From assembly GCA_963737655.1 (NCBI GenBank), contig CAVTTN010000002.1, forward strand, positions 6,880,001-6,944,000: 64,000 nucleotides of DNA, in the 5' to 3' direction. The DNA is from an uncultured Planctomycetota bacterium (GTDB lineage: Bacteria > Planctomycetota > Planctomycetia > Isosphaerales > Isosphaeraceae). The translations under genes and the position numbers were made by a program. Positions 40,880 through 51,100 of the stretch are shown here, in pieces. The notes under the pieces were generated by a model that made no database searches, was not told the origin of the DNA, and saw nothing but the letters and a program-made list of their open reading frames with translations. Numbering within the stretch: the first letter of the stretch is position 1; each line of letters starts with the position of its first letter.

Positions 40880-42319
40880 CTAGTTCAGGATGGTGAAGGG
40901 GGACGCCGGCTTCTTCCTCGGCTTCGGGCGAGGCCGCCGAGGGCGAGGAGGCCGGGAGCCGGCCGTCGCCACGAGGTCATAGCCTTCCGAACCGACGATC
41001 CGGGCCGTCACGAGGTCGCCCGGCTGGAGCCCCGGACCCTGGACGAAGGCCACGCCATCGACGTCCGGGGCGTCGGCATACGTCCGGCCGATCCAGACGC
41101 CCTCGCCGCGATCCGAGGGGCCGTCCAGCAAGACGTCCAGCTCCCGGCCGACGAGCGAGGCGTTGAAGGCGAAGGCGATCGGCTGCTGGGCGGCCATGAT
41201 CCGGTCTCGCCTCTCGGCCTTCACCTCGTCGGCCAGGTGCCCCGGCAGCTTCGCCGCGGGAGTGTCGGCCTCGAACGAGTAGGGGAAGACGCCGAGCCTC
41301 TCGAACTTCGTCGCCTTCACGTACTCTTCGAGCTCGGCGAATTGCTCGTCGGTCTCGCCGGGGAAGCCGACGATGAACGTGGTCCGCAGGACCAGGCCGG
41401 GCAAGGTCTCGCGAAGCCGGCCGATGATCGCCTCGGTCTCGGCTCGCGAGTGCTTTCGATTCATCCTCTTCAGCATCACGTCATTGATGTGCTGAAGCGG
41501 CATGTCCAGGTAGGGGATGACCTTGGAGCATCCGGCCAGGGCGTCGTAGAGCTCGTCGGAGAAGTACATCGGATAATTGTACAGGACGCGGACCCAGTCG
41601 ATCCCCTCGATGTCTTCCAGGGCCCGGAGCAGGTCGGCCAGGCGGGGCTTGCCGTAGAGGTCGATCCCGTAATAGGTCATGTCCTGGGCCACGAGGTTCA
41701 GCTCGCGGACGCCGTCGGCGGCCAGCTCCCGGGCCTCCTTCACCACGGCCTCGATCGGCTTGGTGACGTGCTTGCCCCTCATGTACGGGATCGCGCAGAA
41801 CGTGCAGAGCCGGTCGCAGCCCTCCGAGACCTTCAGATAGGCGAGGTGCCGAGGAGTGACCCGCAACCGGGCGGTGTCGTCCTGGGCGCGGACCGGCGCC
41901 GGCCGGAAAATCGACCTCTGATCGTGCAAGCCGCCCATGATGCGGTCGGCCACCCGGGCGATTTCCTCCCGGCCGAACACGCCGACGATGCCATCGACCT
42001 CGGGCACCTGCTCCAAAAGCGCCTCTTTCTCGCGCTCGGCCAGGCACCCGGCCACGACCACGCCCTTGAGCCGGCCGTCCTTCTTCCGGTCGATCATCTC
42101 GCGGATCACGCCGAGCGATTCCTGGCGGGCGGCGTCGATGAAGCCGCACGTGTTGATAATCACCAGGTCGGCCCGATCGGCGTCGGGGACCAGCGTGTAG
42201 CCGTCCTGGGCGAGCAGGCCGAGCATCCTCTCGGAATCGACGAGGTTCTTCGGGCAGCCGAGGCTGACGAAGGAAAACGTGGCCTTCACGTCTTGATTCG
42301 TACCGACCGAGTCCGCCAT
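40880..42319 (-). CDS. rimO: Ribosomal protein S12 methylthiotransferase RimO
   Basis: SLGCPKNLVDSE, INTCGFI, GCDRLCTFCAIP radical-SAM motif, DAPDVDG TRAM domain. Confidence 0.95.
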   Translation of the reverse strand: MADSVGTNQDVKATFSFVSLGCPKNLVDSERMLGLLAQDGYTLVPDADRADLVIINTCGFIDAARQESLGVIREMIDRKKDGRLKGVVVAGCLAEREKEALLEQVPEVDGIVGVFGREEIARVADRIMGGLHDQRSIFRPAPVRAQDDTARLRVTPRHLAYLKVSEGCDRLCTFCAIPYMRGKHVTKPIEAVVKEARELAADGVRELNLVAQDMTYYGIDLYGKPRLADLLRALEDIEGIDWVRVLYNYPMYFSDELYDALAGCSKVIPYLDMPLQHINDVMLKRMNRKHSRAETEAIIGRLRETLPGLVLRTTFIVGFPGETDEQFAELEEYVKATKFERLGVFPYSFEADTPAAKLPGHLADEVKAERRDRIMAAQQPIAFAFNASLVGRELDVLLDGPSDRGEGVWIGRTYADAPDVDGVAFVQGPGLQPGDLVTARIVGSEGYDLVATAGSRPPRPRRPRPKPRKKPASPFTILN

Positions 42320-42642
42320 GCCGTCACTCACTCTTCTGCCGGGTGGGTGTTTCGAGGGGTTCGAGCGATTCGAGTAACATCAGCGACACGTCTTGCCAGC
42401 GTTCGGCCGAGTTGGATTCGCCTTCGGGCTTCATGTGAACGGTAACGGACGATCTGCCGACCCGAACCATCTCCGGGTGCCCGACCTCGAATGTTCGTCC
42501 GGTCGCCACGTGCATGCGAAAAGGGCGAAACGGCTCGGCGGTCACGAAATCCAGGACGATGCGAGGTGCGAGCATCATCGACTCCGTCGGAGAGAGATCC
42601 ATGGCCGCAGATGCCTACGCCGTGACGAAGGAAAACGTGGCC
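42265..42642. repeat. 20-bp direct repeat TGACGAAGGAAAACGTGGCC (42265-42284 and 42623-42642) flanking a 358-bp insertion
   Basis: Exact match of both copies; each encodes ATFSFV on the minus strand. Confidence 0.9.
42324..42602 (-). CDS. Small hypothetical protein (AEPFRPF...G..FEV.HPE family seen in planctomycetes)
   Basis: 92-aa ORF lying between the two 20-bp direct repeats; motif pattern recalled from small planctomycete proteins. Confidence 0.65.
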   Translation of the reverse strand: MDLSPTESMMLAPRIVLDFVTAEPFRPFRMHVATGRTFEVGHPEMVRVGRSSVTVHMKPEGESNSAERWQDVSLMLLESLEPLETPTRQKSE

Positions 42643-42727
42643 CTGGCGGTCGGGTCTCGGCTCCTGATTTCCATGGATCGACGTTTCGAGGTGCGAGACG
42701 GACTCGGTGAGCAACAGGGAGGCACTT

Positions 42728-43030
42728 TCAATGCGTCAGCCCCGCATCGAGTCCGTCGTGACGCCGATCTCCAGGATCGCACAAAACGCCGCTTCGGTGC
42801 ACCAGATAGTCTCCAAAAGTCAGCTCCCGGGGACTCGGCAACAGGAGGACCGTCGTGGCGTCCTCTCCTTCGGTCAGTTCGATCCCCGGCGCCGCGGCTC
42901 GACCCCAGGTGATGATCTCGACCGATTCGCCGGGGAGGAGCGTGTATTCATCTCCCCAAACGCTCCACCAGGACGATCCGAGGACGACTCGTCCCGTTGC
43001 GAATCCCAATCGAGGCGGATGGACCGTCGA
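42728..43030 (-). CDS. Small hypothetical protein (start uncertain, possibly frameshifted)
   Basis: Protein-like WGDEYTLLPGESVEII...; upstream IRNGTSRPRIVLVE lies in another frame. Confidence 0.35.
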   Translation of the reverse strand, partial: STVHPPRLGFATGRVVLGSSWWSVWGDEYTLLPGESVEIITWGRAAAPGIELTEGEDATTVLLLPSPRELTFGDYLVHRSGVLCDPGDRRHDGLDAGLTH

Positions 43031-43249
43031 TCGCGGATCGATCGAGGAATCGCGTCGTCGGGGGCCACGAGCGGTCGGCGAACGATCGGCCGGAGGCGGC
43101 GTTGGGATCATCCATTCGGAGGGTCGGGGGAGGGGGATCGGACCGTCGTCGGGGCCTCATCGGGAGCAGGGCGAGGACAGCCAAGGATAAGGGCCGCTCT
43201 AGCCTCTCGTCAAGGGAGGGTCTCGCCCCCGAACCGACGACCACGCCGC

Positions 43250-43278
43250 TTGCCGAGCGAGGCCGGACTCGTCATAAT
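43250..43278 (+). promoter_or_regulatory. Sigma70-type promoter for the tRNA
   Basis: TTGCCG-N17-CATAAT, 10 nt upstream of the tRNA. Confidence 0.65.
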
Positions 43279-43288
43279 GAAGCCCGAG

Positions 43289-43362
43289 GCACCCGTAGCT
43301 CAATTGGATAGAGCATCAGTCTTCGGAACTGAGGGTTGGGGGTTCAAGTCCCTCCGGGTGTA
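43289..43362 (+). tRNA. tRNA-Arg (anticodon TCG), CCA not encoded
   Basis: Acceptor GCACCCG/CGGGTGT; D-arm GCTC-AATTGGATA-GAGC; anticodon arm TCAGT-CTTCGGA-ACTGA; T-arm GGGGG-TTCAAGT-CCCTC. Confidence 0.96.
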
Positions 43363-43533
43363 GTGACCTTAAACCCTGCCGATCGCACGACTTGGCGAGC
43401 CAGACGAAGCGGCCCAGACGACTCCAGCCTCGCCGGTGGACCACCGGCTGCGAGGGCGGCCCGATCGGCTCGGGCGAGGAATCCCGTCCCTCCGTGAGCC
43501 GGAACTGTGCTTTCTTGCCGGTTCGATCGGGCG

Positions 43534-44265
43534 TCACGAAGTGCCGACTCCGTACTTCCTGGCCAGTTCCTCGACTTGCTGGTAATCGGTCTCTACGCGC
43601 TCGGCGGCTTTCCGGATCGACGCGTTCATCCGGCTCAAACCGCCGTCGAGCTCCTGGAAGCGGAAGCCGTTTCGGAAGCCTTCGATGAATTCTTCGAGCG
43701 ATCCCTCGGGCAAGGCGCGGAGGCCCTCGCCGAGCCTCTCGCAGGAGTCGAGGTAGCGCGAGAAGGCGTCGCGAAAGTCGGACGGGCAGTCGGAGAGTTC
43801 CAGGGATCGCATTCGGGCGACGTACAGATCGATGGCCCGGGCCTTCACCGCGTATTTCTGCTGATCGACGAGGACCTCCTTCATGCTCCTGGCGGCCTCG
43901 TCGCTCTGCTCGATCACCCGGGCGATGGCGTCCTGGGCGGCCTGGGCGGCCTTCCCCTCTTCGTCGAGGGCGGCCCAGCCGACCCAGGCGATCCCCACCG
44001 CCGCCAGCCCGATCAGGCCGACGGCCATGACTTTTCGCCTCGGGCCCGCCGGCCCGCTCGCCCCCTTTTCCGATCCGGGCTCGGCATCGCCGACCCCGGG
44101 ATTGGTGATGGTTAAGGCGCTGACCCAGATCACCCTGTCGCGCGAGACTTCATGGAACCAGTCGAGTTCGCCTCGGAGGCAGCGGTTTTCCAGATCGACG
44201 CGTTTAAACGGGCCGGTGATCCGGCCGGCGTCGCGGACATACCAGCGATCGGATTTCACTCTCAT
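43534..44265 (-). CDS. GYF_2 (DUF4339)-like domain single-pass membrane protein
   Basis: WYVRDAGRITGPF...L....GEL....EVS.D...W; TM VMAVGLIGLAAVGIAWVGWAA; helical C-domain. Confidence 0.75.
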   Translation of the reverse strand: MRVKSDRWYVRDAGRITGPFKRVDLENRCLRGELDWFHEVSRDRVIWVSALTITNPGVGDAEPGSEKGASGPAGPRRKVMAVGLIGLAAVGIAWVGWAALDEEGKAAQAAQDAIARVIEQSDEAARSMKEVLVDQQKYAVKARAIDLYVARMRSLELSDCPSDFRDAFSRYLDSCERLGEGLRALPEGSLEEFIEGFRNGFRFQELDGGLSRMNASIRKAAERVETDYQQVEELARKYGVGTS

Positions 44266-44615
44266 AAGAGTCCCTCGATTCGCGGTCGGGGCCCGGTGCG
44301 AACCGCGCCCCGGGCCGACGTCGGGAGGCCCAGGCTCGGCCTCGCAAAGTCGAGTCCTCGCCGAATCCGTGGGTCGGGGTCTCATCGCCGGGGGCCGGAG
44401 ATAGTTTACCGGCCGATCCGAGACGTGGGCAAGGAGCGAAACGGCTGGTCATCCAGTTCGTCGTCCACGTTTGCCAATCCGTGGGACTCTCGATTATAGT
44501 CGGTCGCGAAGCCCTGATCCGGGGCGTCTCGACGCCGGTCGTCGCGGCCCTCGAACGATCGACGACGAGACGCGACGAGACGGCCCTGCCGACCGGGGCC
44601 GACGGAGGACGGACG

Positions 44616-45847
44616 ATGATCCGCGTGTTCGTCTCGTATCGACGCGAGGACAGCCTCCACCCGACCGGGCGGCTCTACGACCGCCTCTGCGCCCGATTCG
44701 GCACGGCGAACATCTTCAAGGACGTCAATTCGATCCCCCTGGGCCTGGACTTTCGCGAGGTGCTCAGGGCGGGGATCGCCGAGAGCGATCTCCTGCTGGC
44801 GATGATCGGCGATCATTGGCTCGAAGCCGGCAAGGCGCCGGGAACCCGCCGGCTCGACGACCCGAACGACTTCGTCCGCTTCGAGATCGAATCGGCCCTG
44901 GAGCGGGGCGTCCCGGTCGTCCCGGTGCTCGTCGGCTCGGCGCCCATGCCCCAGGAGCACGAACTGCCGGCGGGACTGAAGCCCCTGGCCTTCCGGATGG
45001 GGATCGTGGTCCGCCCCGATCCCGACTTCCACGCCGGGGTGGACCTCTTGATTGCCCGGATCGAGACGGTCGCCTCGGAGCAAGCCGCTCGCCGGTCCCG
45101 GGAGTTCCTCGGCGGGTTCGGTTCGTATCAGGTGCTCAGTCCCCTGGCGGGGGCCTCGATGGGCTCGGCGTTCCTGGCCGAGGATTCGCGGACCGGCCGC
45201 CGGGTCGTCCTGAAGGCCCCCGACCTGGCGGCGAAGGATCGGGCCCGGTTCCTGGAGCGGGCCCGGGCCGCGAAGGGCCTGCGCCATCCCTCGCTCTGCC
45301 CGGTCCTGGACGTGGGGGAGATCGACGGCCACCCCTATCTCGTCATGGAATTGATCCAGGGCAAGAGCCTGGCCCAGACGATCCCGGCCGAGGGGACGCC
45401 GGTCCGCCCCGCCGCGGCCCTGGTCGGTCGGCTGGCCCTGGCGATGAAGGAGGCCCACGAGCGAGGGGTCCTCCACGGCGAGCTGACCGCCGCGAACATC
45501 CGGTTTCGGCCGGTCGGCCAGGGGCGAGACCCCGTGATCGTCGGCCTCGGCCGGGGCGACGACGAGTCCGGGCCGATCGCCGACGTCGTCGGCCTGGGGA
45601 CGGTCCTCCGGCAACTCCTGGAGGGCCGGCCGGCCGGCTCTGAGCCGAGGAACGAGCCGGGCCCCGGGCGGTCGAGCCGGCCCTGGCGGCGATCTGCCGG
45701 AGGGCCACCGACCGGGCCTCGGCGGACCGCTACCTGACCATGAGCGAGTTCGCCTCGGCCCTGGCGGATTACCTGCATTCCCCTCCGGCCCGGCGGATCT
45801 CGGCGGGCGTCTGGGGCCGGGCCTCCGGGATCGAGTTCGAGTCGTAG
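44616..45847 (+). CDS. TIR_2 domain fused to a degenerate Hanks-type Ser/Thr kinase; 1-bp frameshift ~45668
   Basis: VFVSYRRED, F.DV.SIPLG.DF, DFVRFEIESAL, PVVPVLV; kinase VVLK, RFLERARA, LRHP, YLVMELIQG, HGELTAANI; the shifted frame continues LAAICRRA...DRY.TM.EFA.AL to TAG 45845-45847. Confidence 0.85.
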
Positions 45848-45889
45848 CCGCCCGGGTCGTGTGGTCGCGAGAGACCGAGGATCGAGCCG

Positions 45890-47524
45890 ATGCCCAGCCT
45901 CCCCCCGCTCGGATGCCCCTACCCGCGATGCCCCTCGCATCACGGAGTCGTGCCCGAGGCCACCGAGGCTCCCCAGGGGATCCGGCTGTGCTCGGCCTGC
46001 GGGCGGTTGATGGTCGTCTGCCATAACCGGAGCTGCCAGGCCTCCGGCACCTTCAATCGCCCGTTCGTGAAGTTCTGCCGACGATGCGGCGAGCCGGTGA
46101 AGCAAGGCCGGGCCTGGGAGGCCCTGCGGCGGGACGGCTGGGACCTCGTCCCCCAGGGGATCGCCGAGCCGGAGATCGTGGCCGACCTCTCCCGGCTGAT
46201 CCAGACCCATTCGCCGCGATACCTCGTGGCCCAGGAGATGATCCGAGGGATGCTGGCGATCCACCACGCCGGCCAGTCCCTGGCCCTGACCAAGGCGGTC
46301 CCGGGCGACCTGGACGAGGCGATCCTCTGGAGCTGGGCGGAAGACCCGTTCCCCGAATCCCCCTTCGGCGGGCCGTCGCCGCCGAACACGCCGACGCTCT
46401 TGCCCGACGAGCGCCGGCTGATGTTCTCGTGCCCCCAGGGCGTCCTGCTGCTGGACCTGTGGAGCTGCCACGGGATCTCGGCCAAGGACAACGCGGCGAG
46501 AGTCCGCGTCCTCAGGCTCTCGCGACGGTCGCTGGTCGTCCCGCCGATCCCGCTGGACCCGAGCCGGATCGGCCTCCTCAGCCGGGGGCCGGGCGAGTCG
46601 TCCCCCTATCGCTGGACGATCTGGGACATCGCCCGGCCCGAGTCGGAGGATGCCTCGGTCGCCTCCGAGCTGAACTCGGAGGCCGGCGCCTTGCTGCCGA
46701 TCGGCCTGGGCACGCCCTGCCGTCGCGAGGTCGTCGCCGATCGCGCCATCACCCTGACGACCCCGAAGGCGCAATTCGTCTGGAAGATGGCCGACGCGAT
46801 CGAGATGAACGTCGCGGAGGACAAGCTAGTCCGGACCTGGCCCGGCCCCGAGGCCGACCCCGAGGACACCATCGTCCTGGACGACCGGGGGGAGTTCCAG
46901 ACCGCCGCCATCGCCTCGACCGAGGCCATGCTCCTCCACGAGCCGACGGCCGAGATGAAGAGGCGAGGGCTGGACGGGCAATTCTCGTGGTTCTACTGCG
47001 TCCGCAGCGATCGCGCCGCCAGCCTCGAATCGGCCGAGCGCTACGAGTGCTACCAGGTCCCCCTGGACAGCCTCAGATTCAACATCCCCCAGCCGGTCCA
47101 GCTCCCGTCCGGCGCCCGGCCCGTCGGCGCGGCGCCGGACCGCAACGACATCCCGAGGATGATCTTCCACTTCGGCCCGGAGATCTGGTCGGTGGACGAG
47201 GCCAACATGGGGCGGATGTACCAGGGCGGCCTGCCCTCGACCCCGGTCAGCCACCAGTCCGCCGGCCCCCTGATCCTCAGCGTCGGCGAGCAGGACCACC
47301 GGACGCGATTCGTCCAGATCGACTCGTTGCATCACCCGGCCCGACGGACCGAGGCGGTCCTGGGCGGGCGGCTGGTGTCGGACCCCTTGCTTTGGCATCG
47401 ATGGCTCTTTACGATCGAGATCGATGGGAGCGACCGCCTGCTCGCCCGACGACGCATCGTCCAGTTCGGCGCCCCGAACCGCCGGGCCGCCTCACCCGGC
47501 GCTGGAGACCTTGAATCGCCATGA
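45890..47524 (+). CDS. Hypothetical protein with N-terminal zinc ribbons and beta-rich (propeller-like) body
   Basis: CPYPRC, CSACG, CHNRSC..NRPFVKFCRRCG. Confidence 0.78.
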   Translation: MPSLPPLGCPYPRCPSHHGVVPEATEAPQGIRLCSACGRLMVVCHNRSCQASGTFNRPFVKFCRRCGEPVKQGRAWEALRRDGWDLVPQGIAEPEIVADLSRLIQTHSPRYLVAQEMIRGMLAIHHAGQSLALTKAVPGDLDEAILWSWAEDPFPESPFGGPSPPNTPTLLPDERRLMFSCPQGVLLLDLWSCHGISAKDNAARVRVLRLSRRSLVVPPIPLDPSRIGLLSRGPGESSPYRWTIWDIARPESEDASVASELNSEAGALLPIGLGTPCRREVVADRAITLTTPKAQFVWKMADAIEMNVAEDKLVRTWPGPEADPEDTIVLDDRGEFQTAAIASTEAMLLHEPTAEMKRRGLDGQFSWFYCVRSDRAASLESAERYECYQVPLDSLRFNIPQPVQLPSGARPVGAAPDRNDIPRMIFHFGPEIWSVDEANMGRMYQGGLPSTPVSHQSAGPLILSVGEQDHRTRFVQIDSLHHPARRTEAVLGGRLVSDPLLWHRWLFTIEIDGSDRLLARRRIVQFGAPNRRAASPGAGDLESP

Positions 47525-48027
47525 TGCCCGCGCCCCAAGCTGCCGCGTCGCGCCGGTCCGCCGCGCTGGCGCTCGCCCTGGCCCTGGCCATCGCCCTGAT
47601 CGTCCTGGCGGCCTTCCCCGAGACCTCGCTGGCCCAGAACGCGGCGCGTCCCGGCCGCGCCGCGGCCACGGCCAAGGCGGTGGGCTGGGGGCGAGGCGTG
47701 CTGATGTTCCTCGTCTCGGCCCTGGCCTGCGCGTATATCTGGTATCAGGGCGTGTTCCCCTGGTTGCTTCGCAAGGGCGAGCCGAGCTGGCCCCTGGACG
47801 CCTGGAGATGGGCCACGGCCGGCGCGTGGACGACCACCTGCCTCTCGGCGATCCTGCTGGATCGGCCCACTCCGCTGATGACGCGCCACGTCTTCGGCCC
47901 CCTCCTCAATCAGAGCAGCCTGTCGACCCTGTTCTTCATCCCGATCGTCCTGCCGGTGATCCTCTGCCTCGGCCTCCTGGTGATCTGGAACTTCCGTCGC
48001 GACGAGGCGGCGTCCCGGCCCGTCTGA
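47521..48027 (+). CDS. Small membrane protein (signal peptide plus ~3 TM)
   Basis: ATGA overlap with previous gene; several hydrophobic helices. Confidence 0.78.
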   Translation: MMPAPQAAASRRSAALALALALAIALIVLAAFPETSLAQNAARPGRAAATAKAVGWGRGVLMFLVSALACAYIWYQGVFPWLLRKGEPSWPLDAWRWATAGAWTTTCLSAILLDRPTPLMTRHVFGPLLNQSSLSTLFFIPIVLPVILCLGLLVIWNFRRDEAASRPV

Positions 48028-48101
48028 GCGGCAGGTCGGGCGACGAGCGGAGCGCCCCTCGCACTCGACCGGCCCCGCAACCCGCATCTTCGGAGCCCCC
48101 C

Positions 48102-51100
48102 ATGACGACGAGCGCGGTCGAATCGCGAATCCACTCCCTCGGCGGGAGCGCCTTCCGGGAAGAGACCCTCACCCGCCGAGTGCCGACGGTCTTCGTCGCG
48201 CTAGGAGGGAGCGGAAAAGACGTGGTAATGCGACTGCGTAAGCGGTTCTTCGATCGATTCCAGACCAAGGACCCCGGGTTCGCCCGCTTCGTCTTCATCG
48301 ATACCGACACCCAGAGCACCACGCCCCTCGAAGAGAAGGATGACTCCTACGCCGAGCTGGCGCCCAACCAGGACGAGCTGGTGGACGTGCCGATCAACCC
48401 GGCGCAGTTCGAGAAGACGTTCCACGACCTCAACGCGAAGGTCAATTGCGAGCATCTCTCCTGGCTGAAGCTGGAGATGGAGAGGATCACGCCCCAGGCC
48501 GTGGCCCACGGGGCCGGGACGTATCGGCCGATGGGCCGCCTGGCCTTCTACCTGAACTACACGGCGATCCGCGCCACGCTCGAATACCAGATCGAGGCGG
48601 CGCTGAGGTTCGCCGCCGAGGACGCGGCGAACGTCGATGACAGCCGGGTCGAGGTGGTGATCCTGATGTCCCTGGCCGGGGGCACCGGCGCCGGGATGTT
48701 CATCGACGTGGCCTACCTCGTCAAGGACATCCTCAACCAGCCCCGGTATCAGACCCTCAGCGGCAAGAACATCACGCTGATCGGCTTCCTCCCGGGCGTC
48801 TTCGAGGACCAGAAGCCGCTGTACGAGAGGCTCCAGCAGAACGCCTTCGCCGCGTTCCTGGAGCTGGAACACTACGGCACCCCTCGGACCGGCGACGAGC
48901 TGTTCCTGGGGGACCTCCGCGACCCCGCCGGCCAGTCCAACCAGAACTGGACCGGCTTCCGCAAGAACTGGGGCGACGGCCAGGTCGAATTCATCCGAGG
49001 GCCCGGGTGGGACACCTGCTTCCTGATCGACAACCGCAACGACCTCGACCCCAACGCCCCCCTGACGCGCCGCGAAGTCTTCCAGATGGCCGCGGATTAC
49101 CTGTTCCTCGACTTCGAGAACCACGCCTTCGCGGTGGCCAAGCGATCGGCCCGGTGCAACCTCGTCCAGTTCAAGGACAAGGTCAAGGAGACCTGGGTCC
49201 GCCGTGGGGACAACGGCCGGCCGGCGGCGCCGTCGCTGATCGAGGGGGACTCGGTCTACGCCACCCAGAACGGCTGCCGGTTCAGCACGTTCGGCGTGGC
49301 CGAGATCTTCTTCGACGTGGAGCGGCTGTACTACGTCGCCTCGTATCGCCTGGCCGCCCGCCTGCTCCGCCAGCGATGGCTGGGCTCCGCCGAGCGTTTC
49401 ACCCAGGGCGTCTACACCAACTGGGTGAAGGAAGACCTGCTCCAGCCCCGCGCCCGGCCCGACGAGGAGACCCCGCCGTCGTTCCTGCCCGAGAGCATGA
49501 TCCGGAGGATGCTCACCGGCGCCAACGGCTGCCACCTCGACGAGCTGACGCGGGACTTCGCCTCGCTGGCCGAGGTCCGCCCGTCCGAGGGCCGGCAGCG
49601 GCTGACCCAGGCCCTCCGCAACCACGCCGTGCAGCTCCAGGAAGGCCAGGGCCGGCGGGGCGACCGCGGCCCGGCCCTCCAGACCCTCCAGGAAAGCCTG
49701 ACGAAGCTCGGGGGCGACCCCGGCACCCTGGGCCCCCTCCGCAAGAGGCTTCGAGAGCTCGCCGCCTCCCGCTGCGCCGGCGTCGGCGTGAACGCCACGC
49801 TCCAGCTCCTGGACAAGTACCGCGACGCCATCGGCAAGGTCCGCGACCGCGCCCGCGAGCAGACCAGGCCCGCCTCGCCCGACGACGGCCGGTTGCTCGC
49901 CCGCCTGATCGAGGCCGAATCGGTCCCCTGGCCGGTCCGCGACAAGGCGATCGCCATCGAGTTCGCCCGGGCCCGCGACCAGGCCGCCGAGGCGGTGAAG
50001 CTCCGCTACGAGAAGCACGCCGCGGCCCGGCTCGACGAGCTGCTCCAGGGCATCAGCCTCTACATCGGCACGGCCGCGCAAACGCCCGACCCGGGCCTGG
50101 CCCGCCACGGGACGCTCTACGGCCACTACACCCGGGGCCGGACCCTGTTCCTCGCCCTGGCCACCCGGCTGGAGGACCGCTTCGAGGTGTCCTTCCTGGA
50201 CGGCCAGCCCCAGCCCGACGGCCGGGGCGATCGCGGCCAGCCGTCCCGGGCCTCGCGACGGCACTCCCTGTCCCCCAACTGGGACCGCGCGACCTACGAC
50301 ATGAGGATCGTCGAGGCCCTGGTCGGCCACCCGGAGCTTCACCTCGCCGAGAGGACCGCCGAGGACGAGGAGAACTTCGACTGGGACAAGCTCACCGAGC
50401 TGGTCCTCCAGAAGCTCCGGGCCCTGGGCCGGGGCCAGATGGACGGCGTCCGCAACATCGACGACCTGATCAAGTACTACATCACCAACGGCCTGGACGA
50501 CGCCTCCGGCATCGTCCAGGCGGCCGAGAAGCTCGCCGAGGCGTGCCGGATCGTCCTCCACGGCGCCAAGGACGCCACCGGGCAGCACGCCGGGGGCTTC
50601 CAGCTCCGCGACGAGGGCGGCGGCAACGCGATCGACCTGCTCGTCCGCCAGGACAACTGGGAGGAGCTCCTGGACAAGATGGTCAAGGCCAGCATGCCGT
50701 ACATCCAGACCACCGATCCGACCCGGATCTCCAGCGACTTCTCCCCGGCCTACAGCAACCTGTACAGCCAGAAGCAGGGGGACGCCGCCCCCAGCGCCAA
50801 CAACGCCAACCGCGTCTACCAGAAGGTCCGCAACCTCGTCGCCCAGCGGGCGACGAACATCCCCAACCCGTCGGCCCGGCTGCTCAACCCGCCCCTGGCC
50901 TCGGAGAACTCGACGATCATCCTCGTCCGCGAGATGACCGGCTTCCCCCTCCAGTTCTACGCCCACCTCGGCCAGATGAAGGCGGCCTACGACAAGACGA
51001 TCTCGCGGATCGGCAACCTCGGCAACGACGTGGCCCACATCAACTTCAACGAAGCGGGCGAGACGCTGCCGGACATCACCCTGCTGGACGCGAACACCTA

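Noticed and set aside
44616..45847. Thoeris or CBASS defence system
   Set aside because: No ThsA (SIR2/Macro), cyclase or other cognate genes; the E1/JAB pair is 40 kb away with no CD-NTase
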